In this document: one piece after another, positions 1-14,726 of the stretch
How the letters are laid out: each line of letters starts with the position of its first letter
Numbering within the stretch: the first letter of the stretch is position 1
Source of the DNA: Eledone cirrhosa
Lineage: Eukaryota
Direction: 5' to 3'
Length of the DNA: 64,000 nucleotides
Assembly: GCA_964016885.1 (NCBI GenBank)
Contig: OZ024762.1
Location: 2,976,001-3,040,000, forward strand
Program-made: the position numbers and the translations under genes
The notes under the pieces: model-generated
The model's input: only the letters and a program-made list of their open reading frames with translations
Database searches by the model: none
Told to the model about the DNA's origin: nothing

Positions 1-759
1 TGTTCTTACATGTATATGTATGGCCTCATTACTTGTGGGGGAGTCATTGAGGCCCCGTGCTAACATACCGCGTTTCTAGAGCATCTTTTAAAAACTTGGT
101 GGAGCCCATTTACTCTCCAGTCCTGAAAACAGCAGATTTCTGGCAGGGAAGGAGAGAGACAGAGGAGTAGAGAGAGAGAGGAGGGAGGGGTAGAGAGAGA
201 GAGGAGGGAGAGGGGTAGAGAGAGAGAGGAGGGTGAGAGAGAGGTAGAGGGAGGTGGGAGAGAGAAAGGATGGAGGGGGAGATAGGAGGGGGACAGAGAA
301 TGGGAGAGTGACGAGAGAGGGGGAGACAGACAGAGAGAGAGAGAAATATATATAACTACTAGACTAGTAGTTTATTTATCGACCTTGAAAGGATGTCGAG
401 CAAAGTTTACATCGGCAGGATTTGAACTAGAAGAGCAGAGAGGAGCAAAAAGAATTCCACCAACATATTTTATCTGATGTCCTTACAATCAATGTCAATT
501 CGTTGCCATATTATTTAAGCTATGTACAATTCAATATTTCCAATTTTATACATTATTGTGCTTTAAATTCTGAAAAATTTTTGAAAATAATTATCTTATT
601 GTAATTTTAGCTTCTATTATAACAATAACGTCTTATTTTACCACAATTTTCAATTTAATTCTTTGTCATTTAAATATTACCATATTTAGCCTTAACAAGC
701 AGCGAGGCAACAATTCCAGCGTGATAGAAAAATTATAAATATATAATAAATGATAATAA

Positions 760-1280
760 TAATGGTTTCTGATTTCGGCACAAGGCCAACAATTTTGGGG
801 GAAAGGGAAAGTCGGTTAAATCGACCCCTGTGCATTACTGGTACTTTATTTTATCAACTCCAGTGTATTACTGGTACTTTATTTTATCGACCCCGAAAGG
901 ATGAAAGGCAAAGTCAACCTCGGCGGAATTTTATATAATAAAGAACAATAATAATGTTTTCTGATTTACACACAAAGCCAATATTTTTTGAGGGGTGGCG
1001 GGGAGAAATTCAATTAAATCGGCCGCAGTGCATTACTGGTAATTTATTTATCGACTTCTAAATAATGGTTTCTGATTTAGGCACAAGGCCAACAATTTTG
1101 GGGCTGGAGAAAGTCGATTCAATCGGACACAGTGCATTACTGGTACTTTAATTTATCGACCCCGTAAGGATGAAAAGGAAAACTAGCCTCGGCGGGATTT
1201 GAACTCAGAAAGTTAAAGGGCGTAACTTTGTGTCGCAAAATATATTGACCGACGCTCTACCGATACTGCCAATCCACAAA
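760..1280 (-). mobile_element. Cluster of tRNA-headed SINE family 1 copies
   Basis: Core gcctttcatccttacggggtcgataaaataaagtaccag with B-box gagttcaaatcc and an (ATT)n tail. Other partial copies at about 370-510, 2940-3078, 4447-4562, 8183-8345 and 23330-23435. Confidence 0.8.
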
Positions 1281-1321
1281 CAATGAAAAATAAATTCTCT
1301 AAATAACATATGCATATATAT

Positions 1322-1398
<77 letters not shown>

Positions 1399-1577
1399 TT
1401 AATAACTCTGTATTTTATTTGTATTTCGGCTCCCTAACTAGGTGAGCTTATAAGTTGAGTGTAATAAGGCTATTATTTCTAGCATATCCACTCACACCAC
1501 GCATAGCATGCAACCTACGAGGTGTATTATTTACTCCTGTGAGTTGTTGTTAAATGTGTTTTGTTTCATTTGATCTT

Positions 1578-1666
1578 ATCTCTCGCTGATGAAAGTCTAC
1601 GGATTATCTGTTACAAACACAATTTTCAGGGCGAAACAGATTAAATCTCTAATCTGTCCGAGAGAT
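1578..1666 (+). ncRNA. Type I hammerhead ribozyme
   Basis: atctctcg-CTGATGA-(40 nt, weak stem II)-GAAA-cagatta/aatctc/taatctg-TC-cgagagat. 8-bp stem I, 7-bp stem III, GUC triplet. Confidence 0.75.
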
Positions 1667-1889
1667 GAAATAGTTATTGATACGGTCTGTATATATATAT
1701 ATTATATATCTTACGTTTGCTTCAGGTTAAATATATAAAACAATTGTGATATTCTCTACCCTCGTAATTTTAGACACACAATTTACTGTGTTTATTTCTA
1801 CAAATATTATTATATAATGCTCAGTATTTATACTTTGAGCTTGTTAATTACAGGTATCAATATGAGTTATTTACTCTGTATTTTACTTG

Positions 1890-2705
<816 letters not shown>

Positions 2706-3764
2706 AGAAGCAAGGAAAAAAATCCCTTAAACTGGTGAAATTTTCACAAATATCCATTTGTTTTAAACATCTCAGTTTTAATTATGTCTGCTTAAAAAGT
2801 GGCGCCATAAAGTTTTCACTTCTAAAATATTGAAATCACAGCAAATTACTGAAGAATTCTTTAGTTTACAATAATTTCTATTTCCTCCCAGCCATCACCC
2901 ACTCCTCCTCTCCGACATGCCGCTGAAATATAGTTATCATAATGGTTTCTGATTTAGGCACAAGGCCAGCAATTGTACGGGAAGGAAAATCGATTAAATT
3001 CACATCCCCCAGTGCATTACTGGTACTTTATTTTTCGACCCTGGAAGGACCCATGAAAGGTAACCTCAGTGGGATTTCATATATATATATATATTTATAA
3101 TATTCATACATAAAATATATATATATATATATAATATTTATACATAATATATATATATATATATAATATTTATACATAATATATATATATATATATAATA
3201 TTTATACATAATATATATATATATATATAATATTTATACATAATATATATATATATAAAGTATTGAAGTTTCCGTTGAAAATTGAAAGAGTCAGAGGAAT
3301 GAAGAGTGCCCTATGTAAGTTACAGAGCTAAATATTTAATGTATAATAAACAATACAGTATAATTCCCGAATAAGACGAATACAAGACACGTCCGCATTC
3401 GTTCATCAGACAAGGCAATTTAAAACATAGTGAAATATTTGAAAAATCTCCTCAAGAAAGGTTAACGGGCAAAAAAAAAAAAAAAAATTATAAATCAAGA
3501 GATGTATAAAAAATAAAAATAAAGAAATATAGTAAAGGGATGTGTATAAATGTGTGTATATGCAACTTACAAATATACATGTGTGTGTATGTACAAATGC
3601 ATGTGTATAGTTAATTATATATATATTACACGTATACGTACGCATAATACTTATACATATATATATATACCTATATATACATTATATATATATATATTAC
3701 ACGTATACATACGCATAATACTTATGCATATATATATACCTATATACATACATGTCTATGTGTG

Positions 3765-3865
<101 letters not shown>

Positions 3866-4395
3866 ATACGCATTGCATACTCACACGTGTACACAAAACA
3901 CCGCAGTTTTCACCTAATAAGACGTAATATTCATTAAAAGGAGCGAAAGGGAACGGAAAATATTTGCAGAGCCAAGCAGGCTAATACGCTGACATATTGC
4001 TAAAGAATGCTTTGCCATGAAAGTATTATTAACTTAACAGTAAATAAATAAACGCTAAAACCCTGTGCTTATTACACTATATGAACACTTCTGCGGAGAG
4101 AAGCAATCCCTGGATTAGTAGCATCTGTGAACTTAATATCGTCAATTTAACTCAGCGAAAGCAAGCTAGAGCTAAAGTAGTTACCTTTAATACAAAGCAC
4201 GCAACAAAAGCAACTTTTACTGCCGAGAACAAAATGATCTCTTATCGTGCAAACTATTTAAATGCGGGATTAAAACTCTTTCTATATATTATCTTACCAA
4301 CGGCCATTTTGACTCTCCGTTGAAACGTGTTATTTTATTTTTACTTTATTTTATTTATTTATCTCCATCATCATCATCATCATTATTACAATTAC

Positions 4396-4437
<42 letters not shown>

Positions 4438-5121
4438 TATTATTATTGAGTTCAAATCCTGCCGAGGTTAACTTTGCCTTTCATCCTTACGGGGTCAATA
4501 AAATAAAGTACCAGTAATGTACTGGGTAATTGTTGGCCTTGTCCAATAGTAGAAACAATTATTATTACTATTATTATTTAGGTAGCCTATGATTATTATT
4601 ATTATCATGTGGTCCCCTAACGACGGTTGTCTCTGTGAAAAGAAATGATGAAAGTCGTAAATATCTACTTTAAACCAATAACGAATGGATGCAAAATCAT
4701 TGTAAATATTTAGATAAAGGCAATTCTGGTCAAAGTTGGTGAAGAATACTTCTAAGACTTACAAGAGTAAAAGTTAATATTTACACAGTTTACGGCATCG
4801 TGATAAGAGAAAGATCTGTTCGATTAACATTTGTCTGTTCAAACGGTTAACATTTGGGCTTCTAGATTAGATGTCCATTATAATTTACACCTGATTAATC
4901 TGTCACCTAAAATCATTTCACATGTAGTTATATTTCGTTAAATCTATCTCTTCACTTAACGCAGTCGATTACACAACCTGCTGTTAAAAAGGGGAATAGA
5001 TTGCCAAGGTCCCAGACCAAATTCCTGTACCGAGTGGTGGGATGGAACTCGTCAAATCTGACCAAAGAAACAATGTTTCCATTGGTCTCTCCATTGTTGA
5101 TACTGTCTACGTGTCGTAACT

Positions 5122-5500
5122 ACTGGACACAGACCAAGAAACTCACTCAGATGGTGGATGGGTGCTAAACGAGAATGCTGAGGATGGCTCTGAACATTAA
5201 TCAGTACACACTGAGGATGAAGAACTCAGAGCTGTACGGGAGCCTCCCAAAAGTCAGCTCGAAGGTAACACAGAAGAGACTGAGGTCGGTTGGACATTCA
5301 GAGTTGACACCTCACTCAGTGTGTTCCTGTGGGAGACTCTACATGGACACACTAAAAGAGGAAGACCGAGGTTGACATATGTTGATGCCCTAAGGACAGA
5401 CACTGGTCCCTTGGAGACGCAAGACATGGCGGCGATGATGAAGGACAGAGACCGCTCTAGAAAACTGGTCTATGGATTTCAAGAATGTTACCCGCCCTAG
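5122..5500 (+). mobile_element. RTE-clade LINE 3' fragment (same family as 39075)
   Basis: Nucleotide and peptide similarity (RMLRMALNINQY). Ends cccgccctag. Confidence 0.8.
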
Positions 5501-5759
5501 ATAGATATATATATATGTGTTATGTATTTCCGAAGAAAAAAACAAACGAAAAAAGAGTGCTCTATGTATAAAACAGAGCTATTTAATTGGAAAGTGAACA
5601 ACACAAACTATAACTACTCCATTACTAAAGGTTTCAGGACCGTAGACAATATTGATGACTCTACATAATACTGATGAGCGAACTAGACGTATGTTAATAT
5701 TGTCTAGGGCCCTGAAACCTTTGGTAATGGATTAATTATATATTGTGTTGTTTACTTTC

Positions 5760-5806
<47 letters not shown>

Positions 5807-6133
5807 GTTTGTATGTATTTAATGATTATTTTAATTCTTCTGATTATTTTAACTCGTTCGGTCACTGAGCAAAACTGGTCAAGGTGGGACACTACACACA
5901 CATTTATGTTACTGTGTCTGTATCTTACTATATATATATATACACATATATATATATATAGGAAAAGAGAGAGGACCCCGACGGCTGAGCTCCTGCCGTT
6001 TCGACAGCTAGGTCTGAACTCAGAGCTCAGCCGTCGGAGTCCTGACTCTTTTCCTATTACCCACTCTACTACCCTAAGTATCGAGTAGTCTGGGGCGTTA
6101 TGGTCCACCTGGTTTCTTACCACACTTCCTTCG

Positions 6134-6177
<44 letters not shown>

Positions 6178-6221
6178 TATATATATATATATACTATATA
6201 TATATATATACTATATATATA

Positions 6222-6261
<40 letters not shown>

Positions 6262-6298
6262 TATATATATATACTATATATATATATATATATATATA

Positions 6299-6329
<31 letters not shown>

Positions 6330-6404
6330 CTATATATATATACTATATATATATATATATATATACTATATATATATACTATATATATATATATATATAC
6401 TATA

Positions 6405-6449
<45 letters not shown>

Positions 6450-6463
6450 TATATATATATAAA

Positions 6464-6653
6464 TATACGTTATTCCGGGTTGAATCGGAGGTAACCACAG
6501 TAAGTAAGGTACTCAATACATTGCAGAGTATAACAGTTTTAATATAGATGAGATTCTACAGGACTAGAACTGTTTCATTCTTTAGAAATCATCAGGAATC
6601 TGAGATTCCTGATGATTTCTAAAGAATGAAACAGTTCTAGTCCTGTAGAATCT

Positions 6654-6659
<6 letters not shown>
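6464..6659. mobile_element. (TA)n-inserted Penelope-like terminal repeat with fold-back palindrome and HHR (6601-6655 +)
   Basis: tgagattc-CTGATGA-tttctaaagaat-GAAA-cag..ctg-TA-gaatctca. Perfect inverted arms 6546-6600 and 6604-6658. A second copy lies at 26979-27167 in the opposite orientation. Confidence 0.75.
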
Positions 6660-6747
<88 letters not shown>

Positions 6748-7350
6748 GAGATCAGAACTGACAAGATCTCAGACCTCATTCTCTTACCGAGTGGTGGGGA
6801 AGAGCTTGTCAAATCGGACCAAGGAAACAACCTTTCCATTGGTCTTTCCAAGTGCTAATATTATCTATCAGTCTTATATTCTGGCAGAAAGAGCAACGTG
6901 AAATAAAGTGTCTTGCTTTAAGACATATCGCATCGCCCGCTCCGGCAATCGAACTTGCAACCTCGCGATTGCGAATCCAATTCTTTAACCACTAAGCAAT
7001 GCACCTTCACAATATATTTTATCGATCGACAAGAACCCACACCTCATTCGCTTACCGAGTGGTTTGGTCAAATTGGACCAGGGAAACAATGTTTCCATTG
7101 GTTTTTTTCAATTGCTGATACTATCTACCGGTTGCAGCTCCTAGAAGAAAGCAACGTGAAATAAAGTGTCTTGCTTGAGGATATAACGCTTCACTCGGTC
7201 AGGGAATCGATTGCGAATCCAATTCTGTAACCACTAAGCATCGCGTCTTCACTATAAATAAACAGCAGCCAAAAGAGTGAAAAACAGAAAAGAAATGGGG
7301 ATGGAAGCCGATCATCAGATCGGACAACCAAATGAAACATTATTTCCATA

Positions 7351-7540
7351 AGGCGGTGGATTGGCAGTATCGGCAGAGGGTCGGATGGCATGCTTTGCAG
7401 CATGGAGTTATAGCCCCTTTACGATATGAATTCAAATCCCGCCGAGGTTAACTTTGCCTTTCATCTTTACGAGGTCGATAAAATAAAGTACCAGTAATGC
7501 ACTGGGGTAATTGCTGGCCTTGTGCCAAAATTAGAAACAA
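7351..7540 (+). mobile_element. SINE family 1, full length
   Basis: ggcggtggattggcagtatcgg (A-box region) ... ttcaaatcccgccgagg ... gctggccttgtgcc. Confidence 0.85.
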
Positions 7541-8614
7541 ATATTTCCATTGTTTTTTCCATAATGATACTATCTGCCGGTTGAAACTCCTGCCTGGAAG
7601 GAGAAGGTGAGAGTTGAACTCAGAACACAAAGAGCCGGGTGAAATGTCGTCTGGTGCTTTAACAATTCTATCAATCCATTTCTCCAGGACTGGTGTTTTA
7701 TTTATATACTCAGAAAAATAAAATGCACTACCCGTCACGCAGTAGGATCGATATAGTAAATCGATATGATAACCTAGCTATGAAAAGAAATCTTAGCAAT
7801 GTAATTTATCATTCGACACGGCTATATTTTATCGTGCAGTATTATAACTGCAGAGAAAAGCTGTTTTAAACGAAATGAAAATATGTGAGAATATTCATAC
7901 AAAATAGTATAACTAGAGGGGTAAACCATATCATCCGGTTTAATTCTCTTTTTAACACATAGCAACATTTAATATGGCAATAAATTTCCTGTTGGGGATA
8001 AGAGAACATTTATCAACTTCTCTTGCATATTGCATGTTCAATAACACATAAAGAAGGGGGTGCTATATTAAAACACAGCATTTCTACTGGTGAAACCTAA
8101 TCCTCTTGAGGTCTGAATACAGATTTCTTCTAGAGAAGGATAGAGTGAGGGAATGGAAATTAGAAAGAGATAGAGGAAGAATCAGCTTCAGTACTTGACT
8201 GGTGCTTTTTTTATCGACCATGAATGAATGAAAGGCAAAGTTGACCCTGGTGGGATTTGAACTCAGAAAGCAGAGAGCCAGCTGAAAAGAATACTACAAA
8301 GCATTCTATCCGACATTCCAACGATACTGTGTCGATTCACCGACTTGTCTAGCATGTTATAAACAATTTAATAGGAATAACATAAAAGTTGTTTGGAAAA
8401 CCTTGTAGCCTAACTGTTTCACAATAAACAATGTTTTAAATCTAGTAATAACTCTAACCAAACATTAGAATGAAATTTCAGCAACATCACATTCTTCCCA
8501 CTAGTGTATAGATCACAAATAACATTCGCATGTGTTATTGTAGGTAAGAAACCTATATACGGCTACTTCCGGACATAAACAGCAATCCTTCAGATCCAAG
8601 GATAGCTTACACTT

Positions 8615-8722
<108 letters not shown>

Positions 8723-9118
8723 GTATTTCCGTAGGAAAGGTAAAGGAAAAGAGTGCTCTATGTATGCTACAGACATTTTTAGTTATGTAATAATAAATAT
8801 TTTTTCTGATGAATGAAGACGGACAGAAGGGTTGCGGTTGACCCAATTTTTCCAATTCTTTTGGACGATACGGATGTGTATATACCATAACATACACTAT
8901 TTGGAGATACGGATGTGTATATACCATAACATACACTATTTGGAGATACGGATGTTACAATTCAATCTATACACGTAGAGCAGAACATTGAACTGAACTT
9001 GCGTGTGTATAGGGTTGCGGGGGAACCAATTTGACCAATATAACATTTGCTGTTTTGTAAACTAACTTTCGGTGAATACTACGTTGGTATATTTATATGT
9101 TTTCTTTGACCTCGCGTC

Positions 9119-9151
<33 letters not shown>

Positions 9152-9490
9152 CCACCCACATTAACTGTGACCGACTGTAATTCTACAGATTTGATTGATG
9201 TCCAGCGTCTTTTACAGCTATTGGGAGATAGAGACTTGATAGTTTTATGACCCTAACTGAGGACGATAGCAGTCGCCGTGTTTTGACTGCTTGATCTTCA
9301 TATGAGGGACTAAACTCTCTGAGTGAACATCGTTAATTTTCTCCCTCATATCAAGGGTTTGAAGACAATTCATTTTCACCTGACGAGATCAGTGATAATC
9401 GATCATGGCTACACGATCGATCTATCTCTTATTGAAACATGTGTCGTGATTAAAATGATTGGGAATGTATACCATGCCTTCGGATCTTTA

Positions 9491-9544
<54 letters not shown>

Positions 9545-9547
<3 letters not shown>

Positions 9548-10080
9548 AAACACGAATTTAAATTTTGAAAACCAACACAATGCGTATGCAGAATGTTAAA
9601 TTTCCAAGTTAACAAAAGAATCTTACGTTAGCAAATTTAACGATCCCAAATATTTTCGGGTTTAAAAACCCTTTATCAGGGCAGTAACCCTATGAAAGAC
9701 TTTAAAAAAAGACTTAAATCTGCTCTCCAAGCAAACAAGTCTTTACGATCGATTTATAAGTCTCTCATGGGGTTACTCCCTTGATAATTGGTTTTTAAAC
9801 CCGAAAGTATTTGGGATCATTAAAGGCAGTATCGGTAGAGGGTCGGACGCCCTGCTTTGACGCATAGAGTTACGGTCCTTGCCATTCCGAGGTTAATTTT
9901 GCCTTTCATCCTTACGGGGTCGATAAAATAAAGTACCAGTAATGCACTGGGTAATTGCTGGCCTTGTGCCAAAAGTAGAAACAATTAAATTTGCTGAGAT
10001 AAGATTCTTTTATCTTGGCAATTTAACATTCCCCATACACATTGTTTTGGTTTTCAAAACTACTTAAATTTGTGTTTCCT
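9545..10080. repeat. Degenerate fold-back with a SINE inserted in the right arm (about 9824-9986)
   Basis: 9545-9720 is the reverse complement of 9750-9823 plus 9986-10080. Contains a decayed HHR-like motif: ctgataa-a-gggttt/aaaccc-gaaa. Confidence 0.7.
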
Positions 10081-10145
10081 ATTCAACAATGGTTCAAGCA
10101 AGCTACAAAACTCTTATATGTATATATATTATATATATATATGTG

Positions 10146-10361
10146 TGTTAATTGCTCTGGTCTTCTTTTAGTCCATTGAGCGCTTCCCACGTATATCGAA
10201 GATTGAGTTTCGCTTTGTTTTTGGCCCCCGCCGAAATTATATTTGTGTATATATATATACACAAATATAATTTCGGCGGGGGCCAAAAACAAAACGAAAC
10301 TCAATCTTCGAGATACGCGGGAAGCGCTCAATGGACTAAAAGAAGACCAGAGCAATTAACA
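10146..10361. repeat. Near-perfect palindrome centred on a short (TA)n
   Basis: Arms of about 105 bp with few mismatches; this explains the mirror-image ORFs at 10083 and 10152. Confidence 0.9.
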
Positions 10362-10999
10362 TACGTTATAAAGAGGCCAGATAAAATGAAAACAGTATTC
10401 GTAAAGCCATCAGCCACAGCCGAAAAAAGGAAGCAAGCTAAACAGGTTAACAATATATATATATATATGGGCGATTGAAACGACACGTAAAGGATGACAG
10501 GTATGCATGTGTCATGTACATATATCACAGAAGAAAGAAGCGAATTACAGTTTTCCTTGGAGAATATCTCAAGATTGCTTAGTGATAATAACCAAAATAC
10601 ACGCGGAAAGGAACACATTCCATTTGGTAGTATTGATTATGTTTATATTCTTTTGTTTTGTTGCCAAAGGGAATTTGATATTTATAAAAGAAGAGAAATA
10701 AGATAGCTTCACGTATGTTCTTCTATAAAATATATTACTCGAATAAAGTGAAGTTAATAATCACTTGGTTTTATTTATATAATCTTACCATCTCCACACC
10801 CTGGAATACCTCAGATTTTATTGGAATATATATGGTGCCACATTGCTATTTCTACTACACATCGCTTACGATTGTCATGTTACATATAAATATAATATAA
10901 ATATAAATATAATATATAAATATAATATGATATATATATATAAATATGATATATATATATATATAAATATAATATAATATATATATATATATATATAAA

Positions 11000-11031
<32 letters not shown>

Positions 11032-11556
11032 TATATATATAATATATATATAATATATATATAATATATATATAAATATGATATTTATATTTATATAGAT
11101 ATTATATATATATGATATATATATAAATATAATATATATATATATATATATAATATAATATATATATATATATAAAATATATATACATATATAAAATATA
11201 TATATATATAATATATATATAAATATAATAAATATGTTATATATATAATATCTATATAAATATAAATATGATATATATATAAATATAATATATATATAAA
11301 TATAATATATATATAATATACCTGTGACATCATCAGTGATACTATCATATTTCCTATCGAATTGTAAAAATGGCGTATATATCACAATACAACGGGAGGA
11401 AACATATTATATATATATATATATATATATTTATTTATCTATATAGATCCAACAAAAAAATACGACACAAGGAACGATGTACTAAGGAATGTATATACGA
11501 TGTGCATAAGGAAAGTATATACTTTCAGACGTTCAATCATCTGGCAGGAAGGTATA

Positions 11557-11597
11557 GGGTGCTGACGATAGCTAATAAGCTTGAAACTAGTACATCG
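11557..11597 (+). ncRNA. Minimal type I hammerhead ribozyme
   Basis: ggtg-CTGACGA-t-agct/aata/agct-t-GAAA-ctag-TA-catc. Palindromic stem III. Lies in a repeat (about 11445-11720) shared with about 42100-42290. Confidence 0.8.
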
Positions 11598-11971
11598 TTC
11601 CTTTGTCAGTGTTGAACAAAAGGGCAACGATGGTTGCTAAACACTGTACGGCTTAATTCGGGATGTTTGTTTACAAACAAACCGAGAATTATAATAAATG
11701 TTCGGTGAATCCATACGTAGATATATATATGTGTGTGTGTGTGCATACTACTGTGCGTCTGTATACAGTTGTTGTTGTTATTGTTGTCGCTGTTGTTGTT
11801 GTTGTTGTTGTTGTTGTCGCTGTTGTTGGTGATGATGTTGTTGTCGTCGTTGTTGTGTTTGCTGTTGTTGTTGTTCTCGATGTTGATGTTGTTGTTGTTG
11901 GTGGTGTTGTAATGCGTCTTACAATTTCAACATTCTTACAATCAATAGCTTTCGAGTAGTAGTAGCAGTAA

Positions 11972-12009
<38 letters not shown>

Positions 12010-12958
12010 ATAGCAGTAGTAGTAATAGCCGTAGTATTAGTAATAGTAGTTGTAGTAGTAGTAGTAGTAGTAATAGTAGTAGTAGTAGTAGTAGTAGCAA
12101 CAGCAGTAGCCTAATAACTTCGACATTTAGCAAATCTTTTCTAATGAGATGTAGTATTAGAGGATATGGCGGTTGACGTACGCTATAGCTATAGCATGAT
12201 ATAACATAAGTACACGTGACCACCACTCTAATAAGAAACAAAAGCTTGCTCCAATGCAAACGGGAATTATTGCAAATGGTTTCCATTGACGATCATATCA
12301 AAGGCCGTTAATATTACATTAATGTTGGCGGAACTTAAGTATTGAAAAGAGTTTTACTTCGAAAAAGAAATTTCCTAAATGTTTTGGTTGTGTCATTCAA
12401 TCGTTAATGGTTTGGGGTTGATATATGGGGGCTGCAAGAGTGTTGGGAAGAAATAATTGAAGACTAATTCATATGAAGAATACTTCGCTAAACAAAAACG
12501 GTAGATGAAAAGTAATTTCGATAATGAAAATAGAAGTGTAATTAATATAGAATATGGTGGCCTTTCACGAAATAACAATTGCTTGTATTAACTTACTCGC
12601 GCTGTATTAGCTTTGCAGCATAGAGTTATGACCCTTTATGATGTGAGTTCAAATCCCGCCTTTATGATGTGATTCTAGAATCCTGGAGTGATTCTAGAAT
12701 CACTCCAGAACAACTCGAACCCGGGATAACAGTATAATAGGACCAATATACGATCCATAGCTGTATCTTATTATAAACACTCACTAAAATAAAATATAAC
12801 CAATGTAATGGAAAATATAATAATAATAATAATACTTTCAACAGAAACAATTGTAACACTACATCCACCATAAACTCATAATTTTAACACCTTTGCCTGC
12901 TTGATAAATATATTAATATATTTATATTAATATATATATATATTTATATATATATATT

Positions 12959-13311
12959 CTAGGGCGGGTAAAATTCCCGAGATCCATGGACGAGTTCTCT
13001 CCAGCGGTCTCTGTCCCTCGTTATCGCTGCCATGTCCTGCGTCTCCAACAGACCAGTGTCTGACCTTAGGGCTTCAACATACGTTAACCTTGGTCTTCCT
13101 CTTCCAATGTGTCCATGTAGGGGCTCCCACGGGAGCACTGAGTGCAATGTCAACTCTGGATGTCGGTGAGCATGCCCAGCTTACCTCAGTCTCCTCTGTG
13201 TCACTTTTGAGCTGACTTTTGGGAGGCTCCCATACATCTCTGAGTTTTTCATCCTCAGTATATACTGATTAATGTTCAGAGCCTTCCTCAGCATTCTCGT
13301 GTAGCCCCCAT

Positions 13312-13318
<7 letters not shown>
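12959..13318 (-). mobile_element. RTE-clade LINE 3' fragment (same family; short piece also at 25724-25806)
   Basis: WEPLHGHIGRGRPRLTYVEAL..DRDRWR. Confidence 0.8.
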
Positions 13319-13368
<50 letters not shown>

Positions 13369-13370
<2 letters not shown>

Positions 13371-13967
13371 CTTTCACCGTATTCTTTGACTAAAGAAATG
13401 TTAGTCTGATAATGGGGTTTAGAACCCTCAGATAAATGGAAAAAGATGAGTATTGACGTACATGGGAGTATCTTTGGTTAACCAGACCACTGTGCTACCA
13501 TTTACACCAACACATCACCCATCTCTTTCCATTCAAATTAGAAGCTACATTCTTAGCGAGTACAAATGACAAGTAAATATGTTTTGAAACAGTGAGGGTT
13601 CTAAACCCCATTATCAGACTAAAATTTCTTTAGTAAAAAAATACGGTGAAAGCTATTCTATTTTCTAATTTCAAACCTGCTCACTGTTTCAAAACATATT
13701 TACTTGTCATTTGTACTCGCTAAGAATGTAGCTTCTAATTTGAATGGAAAGAGATGGGTGATGTGTTGATGTAAATGGTAGCACAGTGGTCTGGATAATC
13801 AAAGATGTGGGTTCGACTCCCATGTACGTCAATACTCATCTTTTTCCATTTATCTGAGGGTTCTAAACCCCATTATCAAACTAACATTTCTTTAGTAAAA
13901 AAATACGGTGAAAGCTATTCTATTTTCTAGTTTCAAACCTGCTCACTGTTTCAAAACATATTTACTT
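13369..13967. mobile_element. Unit of about 262 bp in partial tandem plus an upstream inverted copy, containing a tRNA-like cloverleaf; relatives at about 35635-35962 and 55251-55400
   Basis: 13595-13705 is repeated at 13857-13967. 13369-13596 is the reverse complement. (TA)n flanks. Confidence 0.75.
13760..13831 (+). ncRNA. tRNA-like sequence (anticodon position GGA), repeat-borne
   Basis: Acceptor gatgtgt/gtacgtc, D arm with TGGTAGCAC, anticodon loop ctggata, T arm gtggg-TTCGACT-cccat. Confidence 0.55.
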
Positions 13968-14008
13968 AGAATATTTATATATATATATAATATATAAACA
14001 TAAATATA

Positions 14009-14078
<70 letters not shown>

Positions 14079-14674
14079 ATATAATATATGTATGTATGTA
14101 TAAGTATTGGTACTCTGAAATAGCGATGTATGTATAGCATATTTGGTAATGTATCGTATGTTTAATTAAACACATTTAGAAGACCATTCGCTATGAGTTT
14201 TAAAGTAGTGACTATGTCACTTACTTATTTTCGGCGAAAACAAAAGGGAGAGTGATTGACAGTGTGTTTCTCGCTGATTGGTGTTTATCAAAACCACACA
14301 CTCCCATGCCTCCGCCGAAAATTATAGAAATTGGATTCTTATAAAATTCCAGTAATAATCAGGAGCTGATCATGCAGAGCGATTGTCGGTCCAGCAAAAA
14401 TTAGGCATTAGTATTGGGGTTTTGAAATAGCGATGTACACATATATGTTTGTATGTGTGAATTGCGATGAAGAACAAAAGAACAAAATGTTGGTAAATAA
14501 GGTTGAATAACATTTATTTAAAATAAAAGCTGGGGCAAAGAAGATGAGTTAGAGAAAGAGGGATTTGATAATGAAAGAAATATAATAATAGTTTACACAT
14601 ATTGATAAATTCTGTTTCACATATAAACTTACCAAAACACTCTGAGACACACACAGAATTATGTATAAATATAT

Positions 14675-14719
<45 letters not shown>

Positions 14720-14726
<7 letters not shown>

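Noticed and set aside
8806-8812. Isolated CTGATGA cores (also about 5672, 11332 minus, 17525, 43513, 52695, 53148 minus)
   Set aside because: Could not close stems I-III convincingly; chance matches or heavily decayed remnants.
13760-13831. Functional tRNA-Ser(GGA) gene
   Set aside because: No long variable arm, many G-U pairs and mismatches, T at position 37, and it is embedded in a rearranged repeat. Kept only as tRNA-like.
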